Shown piece after piece: positions 36,001 to 48,400 of a stretch of 64,000 bases of DNA. Position 1 is the first letter of the stretch; each line of letters begins with the position of its first letter. The notes below the pieces were generated by a model. It worked only from the letters and a program-made list of their open reading frames with translations. It had not been told where the DNA came from and ran no database searches. A program made the translations under genes and the position numbers. Where the stretch lies: contig OZ234493.1 of assembly GCA_965153455.1 (NCBI GenBank), positions 15,242,213 to 15,306,212 of the forward strand, written 5' to 3'. The stretch comes from Sphagnum compactum. Lineage: Eukaryota.

Positions 36001-36680
36001 GCCGACGACGATGAGGGCGCGCTTTTTTACTTTTTACTGTGCTTAACTTATTCACCTACCTACGAGTGAGTGAGTGAGTGAGTTCGAAGGTAGGTAAGTA
36101 AGTTTTTTAACCTACCTACCTACCTTCGCCTTGCCCGCTTATGAGTAATTTGTTTACCTCCCTAACTACGACTTCCCAACCTACGAGTTTTTGTAACCTA
36201 CCTACTAACTTGCCGACCTATCAGTTACTTACCTACCGACGACTTTGCCAACCTAAGTAACTGAGCTGCAAATTTTTCTGACTGCCGACGATGAGGGCAA
36301 GCTTTTTTACTTTTACTACCGTGCTTAACTTATTATTATTACCTACCTACCTACCACCTTCCCCACCTACAACTCACTTACTATCCCTGCCTACCAACTT
36401 CCCGACTTACAACTTACTTACCTACCGACGACTTTCCCAACCTACCAGTAACTGACGTGCCAATCTTTTACCGCATGCCGACTATGAGGGTGCGCTTTTT
36501 AACTTTTACTGTGCTTCACTTATTACCTACCTACCACGTTCTACCTACCTACGATCTCGCCACCTACAAGTTACTTACCTACTACTACCTATGACTTGCT
36601 TGACCTAGGAGTAACTGACCTACAAATGAATTTTCGTGCCTACTGAGTAACTGACTTAGGAGCCACCTAGTTTTGTAGGT
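36001..36680. repeat. Three degenerate tandem copies of a ~190-280 bp unit rich in (ACCT)n
   Basis: gccgac.atgaggg..cgctttttt.acttttact..gtgctt.acttatt.acctacctac starts at ~36001, 36284 and 36477. Confidence 0.85.
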
Positions 36681-39600
36681 ACCTGATTTTACTCTATTTT
36701 TTTGTAGGCAGGCAGGTATGTAGGATCATTGCAATAGGTGGCTGCAGACTGGTAGGTAGGTAGTTTATTGTTTATTTGTAATAGCTAAGACCTCCTGTGA
36801 GGTCACCCATCCCCATACTATTCATGTTGAAATGGGCTTAACTTTAGGCTTCTTTGTGAATAATCTATTTTTAAACAATTAATTAGTTTTTAGAGATCAA
36901 ATCCATTCTATAATCCCCTCTCCCTCCCCCCCCCCAGTATACTACTACTACTATAACAAAAATCCACATCATTTTTCAAAAAATACTGAATTATTTCTCA
37001 TGATTCCATTTAAAGTTTTGCTTTTGGTTCCTTCCATGTGTGAAAAGATAATAAATATTCTTTCATGTACTCATTGGATCACTTTACATCAAAAATATTT
37101 TTGGATAGACTTATCATAATATAAAAAAATTAAAGAAAAATCTGATGTTGTTTCGCAATCTAGCAAAAATAGAAAAAAAAAATTAAAATTGGTTTGTTGT
37201 TCTTCCTATTTGGCCAATTTTCTAGATTTTGAATTTCTCAACTTTTTTGCACTTTTAGAAAATTGAGCCTATTTTGTGGATTTTGTTTCTAATGTGCCAA
37301 ACCAAACTAGGTATATCCAAACTCATAATGTGATTTTTTTGAACTTTGATGCTACTTGGAGAAAAATTCTTAGTGCATTTGATGGGCACCCTTACACCCC
37401 TTTGAACAAAAGAGGAAGGATCTTATGTGTCCCTCCCACTCCTAAATATTAGGCGTAAGATAGTGTAAAGCCCTTTGCAATCCTAAACATTAGGCCTAAG
37501 ATTCCCCCCACTCCTATCACCTCATGATCAGCTCAACCCTAAACCCTAAACTCCTCTACTACCTCGTCCTAGGCCACATTATATGAGGATATGCCCACCC
37601 GGAGGTCCTACACTTTTGTGGTCATAATGCATAGATGGAACGGTTTTTGGTGTATGGAGGCCAATGACAAAAGGTGATCGAAATATGCCTATTAAAAAAT
37701 TGGTCAATTTTTTTTTAAAACTAAGAAATTTTTTAGTTGTCAAATATTAGGGGTTCAAGGATGTTGTTTCTTGAACTACTTTGGTGGGATTCATTTGGGG
37801 GACATTCTTTTCTACTTTCATAGAACACATTTTCTACTTACATTTGTATGACAAGACCCTAAAAGGAAAACGGAAAATAATTTGTAGTGTAAGAAATTCA
37901 AAAGGGGAACTAGAAACAATCTTTCAAAATATATTTGTTTTAGCCAATTCTAGCTTTTCTTTGTTATGTGATATGTAGGGGCATTTGAAGTGGATGTGGA
38001 TGAACATACTTGGATGAAGAAGGGACCCTTAAATCCGGACTTTTGTATTGTATGAAACAAGTGTGTCTTAACAGCTGCTCTTGGTACTCTCCGAGATGCT
38101 CCATCGGTTGTGTGTTCCCCAAACATGCGAATTGGCAAAACCCTAATTGCACTTGTTTAGTATCATGTTTTGTGCATGTCTTTGCTTCCTACCCCTTCCA
38201 TGAATGGGTAGTGTGAATGGCCCAAGGTGGCTTGAAAAGTACCCGTATTTTCTTAGTGCCTAAGCAATTCTTGCTTGCCGGCTTGACCCGCGTTGTAGTG
38301 TGTTGCAAATAAACCAATTTTCCAACGGACTTTTGGTCATAACAATGTACCTCTATGGATGTATCCCAATTAGGAACTAAAGAGTTCTAATTAGAAACTC
38401 ATAAGTTGGACCTAACAAGTGTGCCTCCGAGCTAGGAATAATTGATCTTAGGTCCAATTGCAACAATAAAGAACTAATATGGTTCCTTTGAGTTTGCCTC
38501 CATTGATTTGATTCAATTTAGGAAAGCAATTTGGACCCAATGTTACTTAATAGGTCCTCATATTGCTCCCATGGCCTTTAGACACACCAAACTTTGGAGA
38601 CTAAATAATAGAACTTATGTTTGGTCAAGAAGATGGGCTCAACACCAATGCCCAACTTCAAATGGTAACCAATTGCGGTTCTATTTGTGTTGGTCTTGTA
38701 GCACGTCTTGGATAGTACCTACCTAATCAATTTGCAATGAAACCAAATAGGCACTTTGGTTTGTCAAATATGTTCATTTTCAGCCTTTTCTTTCCTTTTT
38801 GGATTTTTGTAACCTATAGAGTTTGTTCTTGAAGAAAAATTGGAACAATTTGTATATTGAGTGTAATTGTGAATAGGTTTTGGGGGGGGTGGGGGGTGGG
38901 GGTGGGGACATGAAATTTTCTTACCTTGAATTTTTGAATAAAATTCAAATTTAAATTAATTTATAATTTTTATTTTATTTTTTTAAACCCTAGATCCATG
39001 ATGTGCAACCAAAAATTTAGGTGACCAAAGAAAAATGGATAATTCAGTTTGTGGGTTTGGCCATGATTGCATATTCAAATTCCCATGTATGAACACCAAC
39101 AAGCTGACAAAAGCATTGGGCCAAGCCATTGCAACTGACTCTCCAGCGCCCAAAAAAAATGTATACAGGAAGGAGGTGTGCTCCCCAGGGCCTCCACTAA
39201 CTACTCTTAGGGTCCTAAGCCTAGAGAGTGATAGCCCAAGACCCTAAGCCCAAAATTAAGGGGAGCCTTGTGGGGAGTAGAACCTCTCAGCATCAAGTAC
39301 CCAAGGCTTTTTATTTGAATGGCAGAAGGTCCCTTCAATTGACTAAAGCATCTTCCATGCCAGGAAGTGCTTTCAAAGGAAGTTAAATTTTTTTTTAAAA
39401 AAAATTAAAAAATAAAAACTTAGAGTATTTTACACAAACCAAATAGTACACTTAAATATTTCCAAAACCCTTTAATTTTCTTTTATTTCCACTTTAAGAA
39501 ATAAAATACTTGCTCACTAATTCATCACTACTTTTCCCCCATGCCTCCCCACCTCCCTTTTTCTGTTCCTGATTTTTTCACAGGCAATTTATTAGGTGTC

Positions 39601-39997
39601 TGGGGTGGCATCCAGCGTTTTTTTTCGGACAAAATTTTGCCTTTTTTTTTACCAAAGAAATTGAGAGAAAAGAAATCTAGTGTAAACTCAACTAAATTTT
39701 TTTTTGGGGGAGGTTAAATTTCACAAAAATTAAATTTTTATTTAATATAATTTAATATAATTTTTTAAATGAATTTTTTAAAAACACTGGTTGCATCCAT
39801 CCCAAGTGATGCTGTTGGTACCCAATATCATCAGTTCCTTGCTACCTTTGATTGTGTGTCATTAGGGCTAGCCATGTATGGGTGCTCTGCTCAACTCAAC
39901 TCAACTCAACTTAGCTTCCTGCCAACATTGACTTGGTCCTTGAAGCTGGGCTGGATGAAGTGATTAGAGTCTGAAGTCTCTGGAACTCACTCTGGGA

Positions 39998-40345
39998 CCC
40001 CAACTCTTGTTTGCTAATGAATTGTGAGAAATTCTAGTGAGAATCATATACTTGAAGCTGCTGGTTTAAGGGTCAAATAGCTTTAGGTTCCATTAGAGGT
40101 CTTGTCATTTGAGAAGACAATTCAAAGACTTGGAATTTGTTCAAAACACGATTCCAAGTCAAAATTGTCCAAAAATTGATTGAGTTCAACATGAGTTTCT
40201 CTACACCCAACTCTTGTTGCTAGTGATGAATTGTGAGAAATTCTAGTGCCGATGGGACATTGAAGCTGGTTTAAGGGTAGCAGCTTTAGGTTTCATTATA
40301 GGTCTCGGTTGTTCAAGAAGACAATTCCAAGTTGGAATCTGTCAA
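39998..40345. repeat. ~205-bp-period tandem duplication
   Basis: cccaactcttgtt.gcta..tgaattgtgagaaattctagtg...ctggtttaagggt...agctttagg...gaagacaattc.aag occurs twice. Confidence 0.8.
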
Positions 40346-40843
40346 AAATTTCATGTAGCTAAGCTATACGAGTAGTATATAGTATGTACCTTGTAGTAGT
40401 TTAAGCTTTGTAAGTGTATACTTTGTAGCTATACACAACCTTTTGCAAAGCACAAACAAGTCTATAATGTAACCCAAATTCCACTACTTGTGTTTGTGAG
40501 TAAATTTGTTCGAAACTATGTTTTTGGGGGGGGGGGCATTCCAAATCATCACATCCATATATATTCTTGGAAGAAACTACTAACTCAACTTCCTTGAAGC
40601 AAATTGATGATCATTCTTTGTCTTTAGGGTTTTTAAAAAAAAATTAGGGCTTTGTTATTAAGATGGCACCACAAAAATTTCCTTTTGCTTTTGGCTCGGT
40701 CCTCCGTAGGGTCTTAAACCACAATGGGGTTTCTGTTTCAATGTCATACAATAAGGTGATCTGGAATCAATTTCCAAACAAGCAATGAAACGGGTGCGAT
40801 GGCACGTACCCAGTGGACTCCATTACACAATGGTTTTCATTTG

Positions 40844-40915
40844 GATTCGCATAATGTTCACATTGATTTGCAGAATGGTCATATGGATTTGCATAATGGT
40901 CATGGGGATTTTGCG
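40844..40915. repeat. 21-bp minisatellite, ~3.5 copies
   Basis: gattcgcataatgttcacatt / gatttgcagaatggtcatatg / gatttgcataatggtcatggg / gattttgc. Confidence 0.7.
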
Positions 40916-43900
40916 AAACGGTCTTGCAGTTCATGTCTTCGCACCATCCAATTGAGGTCTGGTAGACCCCATGGGTCTATTTTGCCTTGTAAGTGAATTA
41001 TTAAAAAAAATTGCCTTGTAAGTGAATTAGAAGAAAAGGCAGACAAGGTCACATGAAAACCATTAGTAAATATCACTATTAGTTCTCGCATCACCTGACC
41101 CACCTAAAATACTTGGAGAAAAAACCCTAAATGTATTTGGGGGGCGATATTGGTGAATATCCCTCCTAAAAGAGAGGAGGGACCTTATTCCTTAAACCTT
41201 ATGCCTACCTAAAGACATAAGGCTCCTTTTGTTATGCATGCTTAGAGACTTAGGATCTCTCCCCTTCAAAAAAGAAAGGCCCTTAAGAGTAGGCATAAGA
41301 TCCCTCCCACTCATAAGGAGTAGACATAAGAACCTTCCCTCTCCCATGCCTTGTGATCCACATATGTTTTAAGTTTATGGTAACTTTTGCCTCATGCATT
41401 AGGATTCACAAAAAGCCAATGGGTGAGCACATTCCTAACTTGCGGGCCCAAACTCGTCTATTACATCATCCTAGGCCCCTTATTTTGGGGATACCCCCAT
41501 TGTGGGGCTTCACCCAACACAAAACCATTAAGAAACTTTCTTGTGCTTTCAGTTGTGGGGGGTCTAGGTGGGGGAGGGGATGGTTTTTTTTTTTGGCCCT
41601 CTTGGCACAATGACATTGTGTAGGCCTAGTTGTTTCTTTAGTATTTTCGAACAAAATACTTAACAAGTTTTTGGTTCCAAATTGAAGGGTATTGACCAAG
41701 TCCCTACCCCACTTCCTCTTCCCCCAAAAGAATAACTAGGTAAATACTCTCGCACTACACTTCATTTCAGGTTTTGTTTTGTTGACACTTCTTGTCTACC
41801 AAAACTTTGGTATCTACAAGTGAGGCCAAACAATGAATACACAACTCAAAGGCCTCAAGCAAAACAAAACTCCAAAGTCCAAACATAAGCTAATGTAATG
41901 GAGAACCTAAGAGTCGCAAAACGGAACATGACAAGAATACGGCACCTCTAAGAATTCCCATGTTTGAATTGCAAACACACCATGGATGCCTTTTAATGTT
42001 AAACCCTAACATCCCACCGGGTTTTTCCCAAATGATTTCAATTTAGGTGTAATCCCCAAGGGATGGTCATTCTCAAATAAGGGGCCTAAGACGAGACAAT
42101 CGTAGAGTCCGAGCATTGGGAATGTCCCTCACCCTTGGGCTTTACCTTTCTTGAAGCACCAACTGAAGGTTATCACAAACCTAAACATATGTAGATCACA
42201 AGGTGTAGGAGGTGAAGGGCTCTTAAACCTACTCCTAAGAGTGGGACAAATCTTACACATGTAAAGGCAAGGATCTTACACCTATTTATGTGTGTAAGAT
42301 TTGTCCCACTCATAAGTAGTAAGTGTAATGAGATACCCTCTAAATACACTAAAATGTTCTATGAGTGTTTTAGAAATACTATATCCTCTCCATTTTTATA
42401 TCCTCTCCATTTAAAAATCGATTATTTTGATTGCATGCATTACCATAGAATCCAATCCAAACTGCACATTTTGTTCTACACTCTCCCATGTATCTATTGA
42501 GACAAGGATCAAAAAGTTCATGCCAAATGTTGGAAATTGCCACCATTGAGAAGTGACCCCCTCCTCTCCCCCTCCCCACCCACCCAAAATTCCTTGTCCT
42601 AATATATAATAAATCTTTAGTGAATGCTATTGAAACAAGCTCGTTCACATTGCACATGTTCTCAACATGGAAGAAGATTTAGTTTGAGAAAATTGAAATA
42701 ATATATGATATTTTAGGTCATCATGTGCGGGTTTCATATTTTTCTTCCAACTTAATGTTAGAAAATGAAGATGTTTGTTACCTAGTTATGAGTTCAAAGT
42801 TTGGCCTATGCGAATTTTGGTGCACATGAATATTGTATAGAATACTTGGGGAGTGTTTATAGTACTCAAAGGCCGGGTGATGATGATATGCATTGGTGTA
42901 TGCATTACACAAACAAAATCAAGTTGGTGAGAAACCGAAGTGCGGTTCCTAGTCTTGTTCACCAATTGCATGTTAAATAAGAGAATTAATGCTATTTGTG
43001 CTTTTGTGTGTGTGTGCATATGGGACGGGGATTTTGCATTGTGTTTACAATGAGCTTCCCGTTTCATAGTTTTGCATGGAAGGATGATAAATTCTATTCC
43101 CTTGGAGACATACATATATCCTTTTTATACGTTTGATAGTTTCATTATGAAATAACATGATTAGAAGTCTATCCTTTTGTCTCTTTTCTCCATTTAAAAC
43201 TTTTCTAGTGTGTATGCATTTTTGTTATTGAACCCATACAATCATTTGCCAACTCAAACTATTATATATACCTTGTGTATCAATTTAGTCTTATTTCACA
43301 TTTTTTTCACTTTGTGTACTTCAATGAAATATTCTCATCATTTTTGTTGCCTTGATCTTCACGTTACAAAAGTATCAACACTTCATTCTTTCAAAACTAA
43401 AAAAAGTGATGAGCTGAATGAATGCTTCACACACACACATACTCTCTCCCATCTAATATATGCAAGAATATTGTGAGAAAAAGCATTGCAAGTCTACATG
43501 ATTCACAATTAAAAAGTCCACACAAAATGGAAACCCGTGAGATACTTACTACATGCTCGTGATGAGCGTAACAAGATTGGGCCACTCAACCTCGTCAAGG
43601 TCAAAAAATTGGATGCCAAACTTGTGACCAAAGCCCATTTTTATAACTTGGAAATTATGGAGATTTGTTGTTGAGAGGGTGGTCCAATTGACAAGAAAGG
43701 CATCTTCCAAACATGAAGAAGACTAGGGTTTGACATGTTGCTAAATTCATGTGCTAATGGTTTTGGTTCCCGGAACAAAGAACATAAGACCACATGTACA
43801 ATTTGGAATCTCAAAATCCACGCAAACACAATCCTAAGTACAAAACTTGTGTGAAAGGAACTAAATGCACAAGTCAAGTAATGTGTCTCTTCGTAAGTGA

Positions 43901-45013
43901 ATAATTTCATAAGTGCGACAATTTTATCTCTTATAACAAAATAATGCAAAATAGTTTTGTTGTCCACAATATTATTACTTTGGGGGGGGGGGGGGGAGGT
44001 GGGGTGAATAATTTCTTTGCAACTTATTGAGGGGAAAGAAAAGGAAGGTGGGAAAGGTACAAAGGGTTTTTTTTTTCCGGAAAAAATGGGCCCAAGTCAC
44101 AACATTATGAGGGGGAAAAAATAAATTTAAGCCTTATTTTGCCCAACTTTGCATTTCCATGCCTAGACCAACCTTAGCTTTGTGGACATCTCAATGGACG
44201 ACGGGATTGCATCTTTCAATGGCTTGTGAATTATGCCGAAACCTTTAAAGAAAGTTGTCGGTAAGGAAGCAAATATCAAACACCAAACCATGATTACTCT
44301 TTTACACCACCACACCCAGACGGTGGGATTTTTTTTTTTTTAAATTTTTTTTTGGGAGGGGGGGGAGGGAGGGGGAGGGGGAGGGGGAGGCAACCAGAAC
44401 CTCAACCATTAAGCCCATTCCAGATTTTTCCCATCTTCCTTTACGGGTTAAAGCTTTTGTAATAGGAACATATTCTTTGAGCAACTTCCGACCTTCCCAC
44501 CTCCATGTGCACTAGGTCAAATGAGAGTTGTCGGTTTTCCGACACCCACCAAGTAAAAAAATAAAAATAAAAAACCCCATTTTAGGGGATTTCACACCCC
44601 TCTAATCACACCTAAGATCCCATCGGATTCTTCCCGATAGCCAATCGAGAGATATGGGTTGGCACATCCCTTGTCCGTATCAATCTTCTAGCCAATTTCT
44701 TTAATAAATTCCTTCTACATGCAAGTGAACGAGCATGTACTTTTTTTTTCTTACTTTGTCAATGTTTTTATTAGTCTTGAAAATCGCTATGTGGACGAGA
44801 GATATATTACTCATAAAAGTATTGAGATTTCTCATTTTTTTGGTACTATTTTGAGTGTACTAAAAAAACAATTTGTCACTACGCGCCTGCTTGCTTGCCA
44901 CCGATCATGCTTCCACGCAAGAAAAAACAAGTTGAGTGGAGTGGGCCGCCGGACTATTATTAGCCTACAAATGGAAGTCGTCGAAGAGACCCATTATTGA
45001 CCTTACCCGCCGC

Positions 45014-45410
45014 AAACAACTTCATGAGTCTAGAAGAAGATGGCCTTTTGCTTGAGAAACTTCATTATGGGTCTACAAGAAGAAAGACAGCCATTTCCTT
45101 AAGCAACTTCATGGGTCTAGAAAAAGACGACCTTTTCCTTAAGCAACTTCATATGAGTTTAGAAGACGCCGGCATTTTCATTAAGCAACTTCGTATGAGT
45201 CTAAAAGAAGCCGACATTTTCATTAAGCAACTTCACATGAGTCTAGAAGAAAGCCCGCCTTTTCCTTAAGCAACTTAATGAGTTTAGAAGAAGCCCCCCC
45301 TTTTCACTAAGTAACTTCATGAGTCTAAAGCAAGCCTGCCTTTTTGCTCAAGCATTTTTATTAAAAGATGGTCAAGAAGAAAACGGCCTCTTGCTTAAGC
45401 ATTTTTATCC
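45014..45410. repeat. Minisatellite, ~9 copies of a 40-46 bp unit
   Basis: Consensus aagcaacttc(at)atgagtctagaagaagmcgrccttttcctt repeated head-to-tail, followed by (GGTA)n at ~45442-45475. Confidence 0.9.
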
Positions 45411-48400
45411 TATAAAAATGAAAAGAAAGGTCCATTAAGGAGGTAGGTAGGTAGGTAGGTAGATAAGTAGGTAGGACAATAGGTAGTTCCTAACTAAGTA
45501 ATATGCATGTAAGTGATTAGTACATAGATAAAGGATAATGGGGTTGTTAGTAGGTGAGTGGTAAAATTTGAAACAGAGTTAATCAAACCATGGTTAGCAA
45601 AATAAGGAACTGGTTTGAATGCAATGAAAAAGTGTTTCTCATCCACCTATCATTCATCCATTTATCGGTCATGGTTAGTGGCTAACAACAATTCACTCTC
45701 CCCCAATTTCAGCCCCTCATCCAGGGCCAAGGGTAAACCAGCACCACCTACACATCCATGTAGGCAAAAAGGCTTTTATTAACACTGGCGGTAAACCATG
45801 GTATGGAATATATTTATTCTCAAAGGCCCGGGCGCTTCCGACCCTGGTAAAGGGAATATTCCATTACCCAAAGGTTAAGCCAAGGTTCATTCCTGTGCAC
45901 CTTCCCTCTTCATTTTCAAACCCATGGAGATCTTTACCATGATTGGAAGCAAGCCCAAAAAAATGTAAGGTTTTTTAATCATGGTACCAATGTAAGGTGC
46001 TGGGTTTAAAAAAAAAAATGCATCTACTACTCTTGTCTTGCCCTTTACTAGGTTGGCAAGGGGTAAACCTAGTAGGTAGTAAAAACATGCATTTACTACT
46101 CTTGTCTGGCTAGGTTTTGGCAAGAGCTAGGTACCAAGGTAAAAAAAAAAGTAATTGCCTAATTTGGTCCTTTCATCAAGGTTACTCATCTGACACCCCT
46201 CCTTTTTCATCCATTTCGACACCACCCATCAGATAATTATGTGGACCACCAGTTTTTTCATCATCTATTTTATGTACTTCCTCATCCATGTCCTTCTTTT
46301 GTCACGTGTCACCTCTACCAGCATTCATGGATGAGGATGACATATTTTGGATGAAAGTATACCTACTGCAGTAGTGTGAAACTCAATTGGCCTTTTGTAA
46401 AGATAGTCACACTATACAGTGACCTCCAAAGGGGTCAGTACAAGGAAATAACTATTTTGCATTGGCCACCCATTAGGATTGGCCCCAGTGATGAACATTT
46501 TTAATTAGTCAAATAATGAATTAAATTTGAAATTTTGATTTTCAAAAAATAGATTATCCCTGAAGATTTAACATTTTCCATCACAAAATTATGCATTGAA
46601 TAACAATAATATTAATAATAATAATAATTTCAACACTTCTAAAAATAATATAATTAGTGTAGAAGGTGCCAAGACTCCACTATGGTGTTGGATGTGGTAT
46701 ACATGGATAGAGGGCCAAATAGAGGGAGGGGTCTTGAACTTCCAAAAGGCATTAGGTCACATATATAGGTGGTCTAAATCTAATTCCACAATTTATTTAT
46801 TTATTTATTTATTTGTGACACATTGCTACTTGTACTAAACCCTAAAAAGTCTTCTTATGACATTAGATGAGAATTTTCAAGTCAAGATAAGATAAGAATT
46901 TGTGCTTAGGGTTCCTTCCATTGAAATTAATGGGTGTGGTTGCTTTAGTTTTCTATCTTGGGTAGTTTATTTAATTTATAAATGGAGATAGGCATGTTCT
47001 CTTCAATAACTAACTTTGGAGCAATGCATGGAGATAAAGCTTTTTTTTAAAAAGCTGTAAATTTAGTGTGGATGATTCAGCTCCTAAAGGAACAATCCTA
47101 TCAAAAACACAAGCAAGGAAGGACACCAAGCATGGGACTAATAACTTACCATGTTGTTGCCTTCTTTTATTGGTTCTCTAGTCTGCTTGTAAGGGAGACA
47201 CTAGGGGAATGGTTCCACAACATCTTGAGGCATGTTTCACCAAGTGTTATTATTTGAATTGTGAGTTGATTTTTTTGGGAACTTAATGGAACATTTTCTT
47301 ATTTTAACTATTGTTGGTTTGAAGTTCCCATAAGGGGGAAGAGTACCTACCCCTTCAATGAAATCTTTTTCCCACACATTTTGTCCTTTTTTTGTTGACC
47401 AAAAAGAATTATGAATTTTTTGAATTTCTTTGGTTTGTCTAGACTATTATTCTGTTTTTTTTTTTTTTGAAAATTTTTGCCAAATTTTTATGTCACAAAA
47501 TTGGACAAAAAAAAAACCAACAACAACCCTGAAAACATTATGCCAAGAGTTGTGTGTATGTTTTGTTAGCTTCCAAAGTGATTTGTTTTTCATTTTTGGG
47601 GTGATGGGCCTCTCTGATTGGCCCAACACCCCCCAAAAAAAACATACATTCTCACATTGTTCTCAAAATAGAAGATTATGTAACCTTCCCCTATGGTTTC
47701 CTTCCTAAGAGAGTGGAGGTCATTCTTACCCCCATGATGTAGAGGCCCCATACATCATTCCTTCATTTTCTTTTCTTGGTTTTATACTTAAGAACTAAAT
47801 TAGGTTTATTACCTTCTTGATTAGGGTTGTATGTTGCCTATTTTTTAAAAACAAGAAAATTCAAAAGATTGGGTATTAATTGCATTCAATGTCTATTGTA
47901 CACAATCTACACCCTCTTCATCATGATCCCTATCACCAAATCCAATAGAAAAGTGTGTGGGAATCATCAAGTGGAGCTCAATCCCATTTTTCACATAATA
48001 TAACATAATAATAAACATATGTAATGTTTGTTGTCAGATAAGCTCATTGCAAAATAAAATAAAAGAATACACATCACATTTTCCATGCCTCCTTTCAATT
48101 AATCACAAGTGAAGTTTCAACAGAGGATCATGTGTTCCCTCACTTTTCTTCACATTTTCAACTTACATGGTGACTTAAGTACCTATCTACCTACTTATTT
48201 ACCTACCTACCTATTAACATGATATAAGTATCTATGAGCTTGTTCCTTTTGTGTTTAATTACTTTCCAGCAGAGCCAACATAGCCTAGCTGACAATTAGT
48301 TTACCTACTAACTTCTCTCCCAAGCCTTGGTGGCCCTAATGTTACCATGGCTTTGTGTGTGTGTATGTGTTTTGTTTTTGGTCCATTGTGGGGTCCTTCT

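Noticed and set aside
37950..38730. Coding-like fragments on both strands
   Set aside because: No motif I can assign. Possibly a TE relic, but this needs a database search.
40222..40270. Box C motif GTGATGA in a duplicated unit
   Set aside because: No downstream CTGA at a suitable distance, and the motif is not conserved in the other copy.
41760..42200. Possible LINE zf-RVT remnant on the minus strand
   Set aside because: Only a vague Cys pattern across several frameshifts. Unsupported.
45014..45410. CRISPR-like repeat-spacer array
   Set aside because: The variable segments are short and homologous to each other, the context is eukaryotic and there are no cas genes. It is a minisatellite.
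44877..46376. CACTA element enclosing the minisatellite
   Set aside because: Only 6 bp of terminal complementarity and an imperfect 3-bp flank (tgt / tga). Not enough to call.
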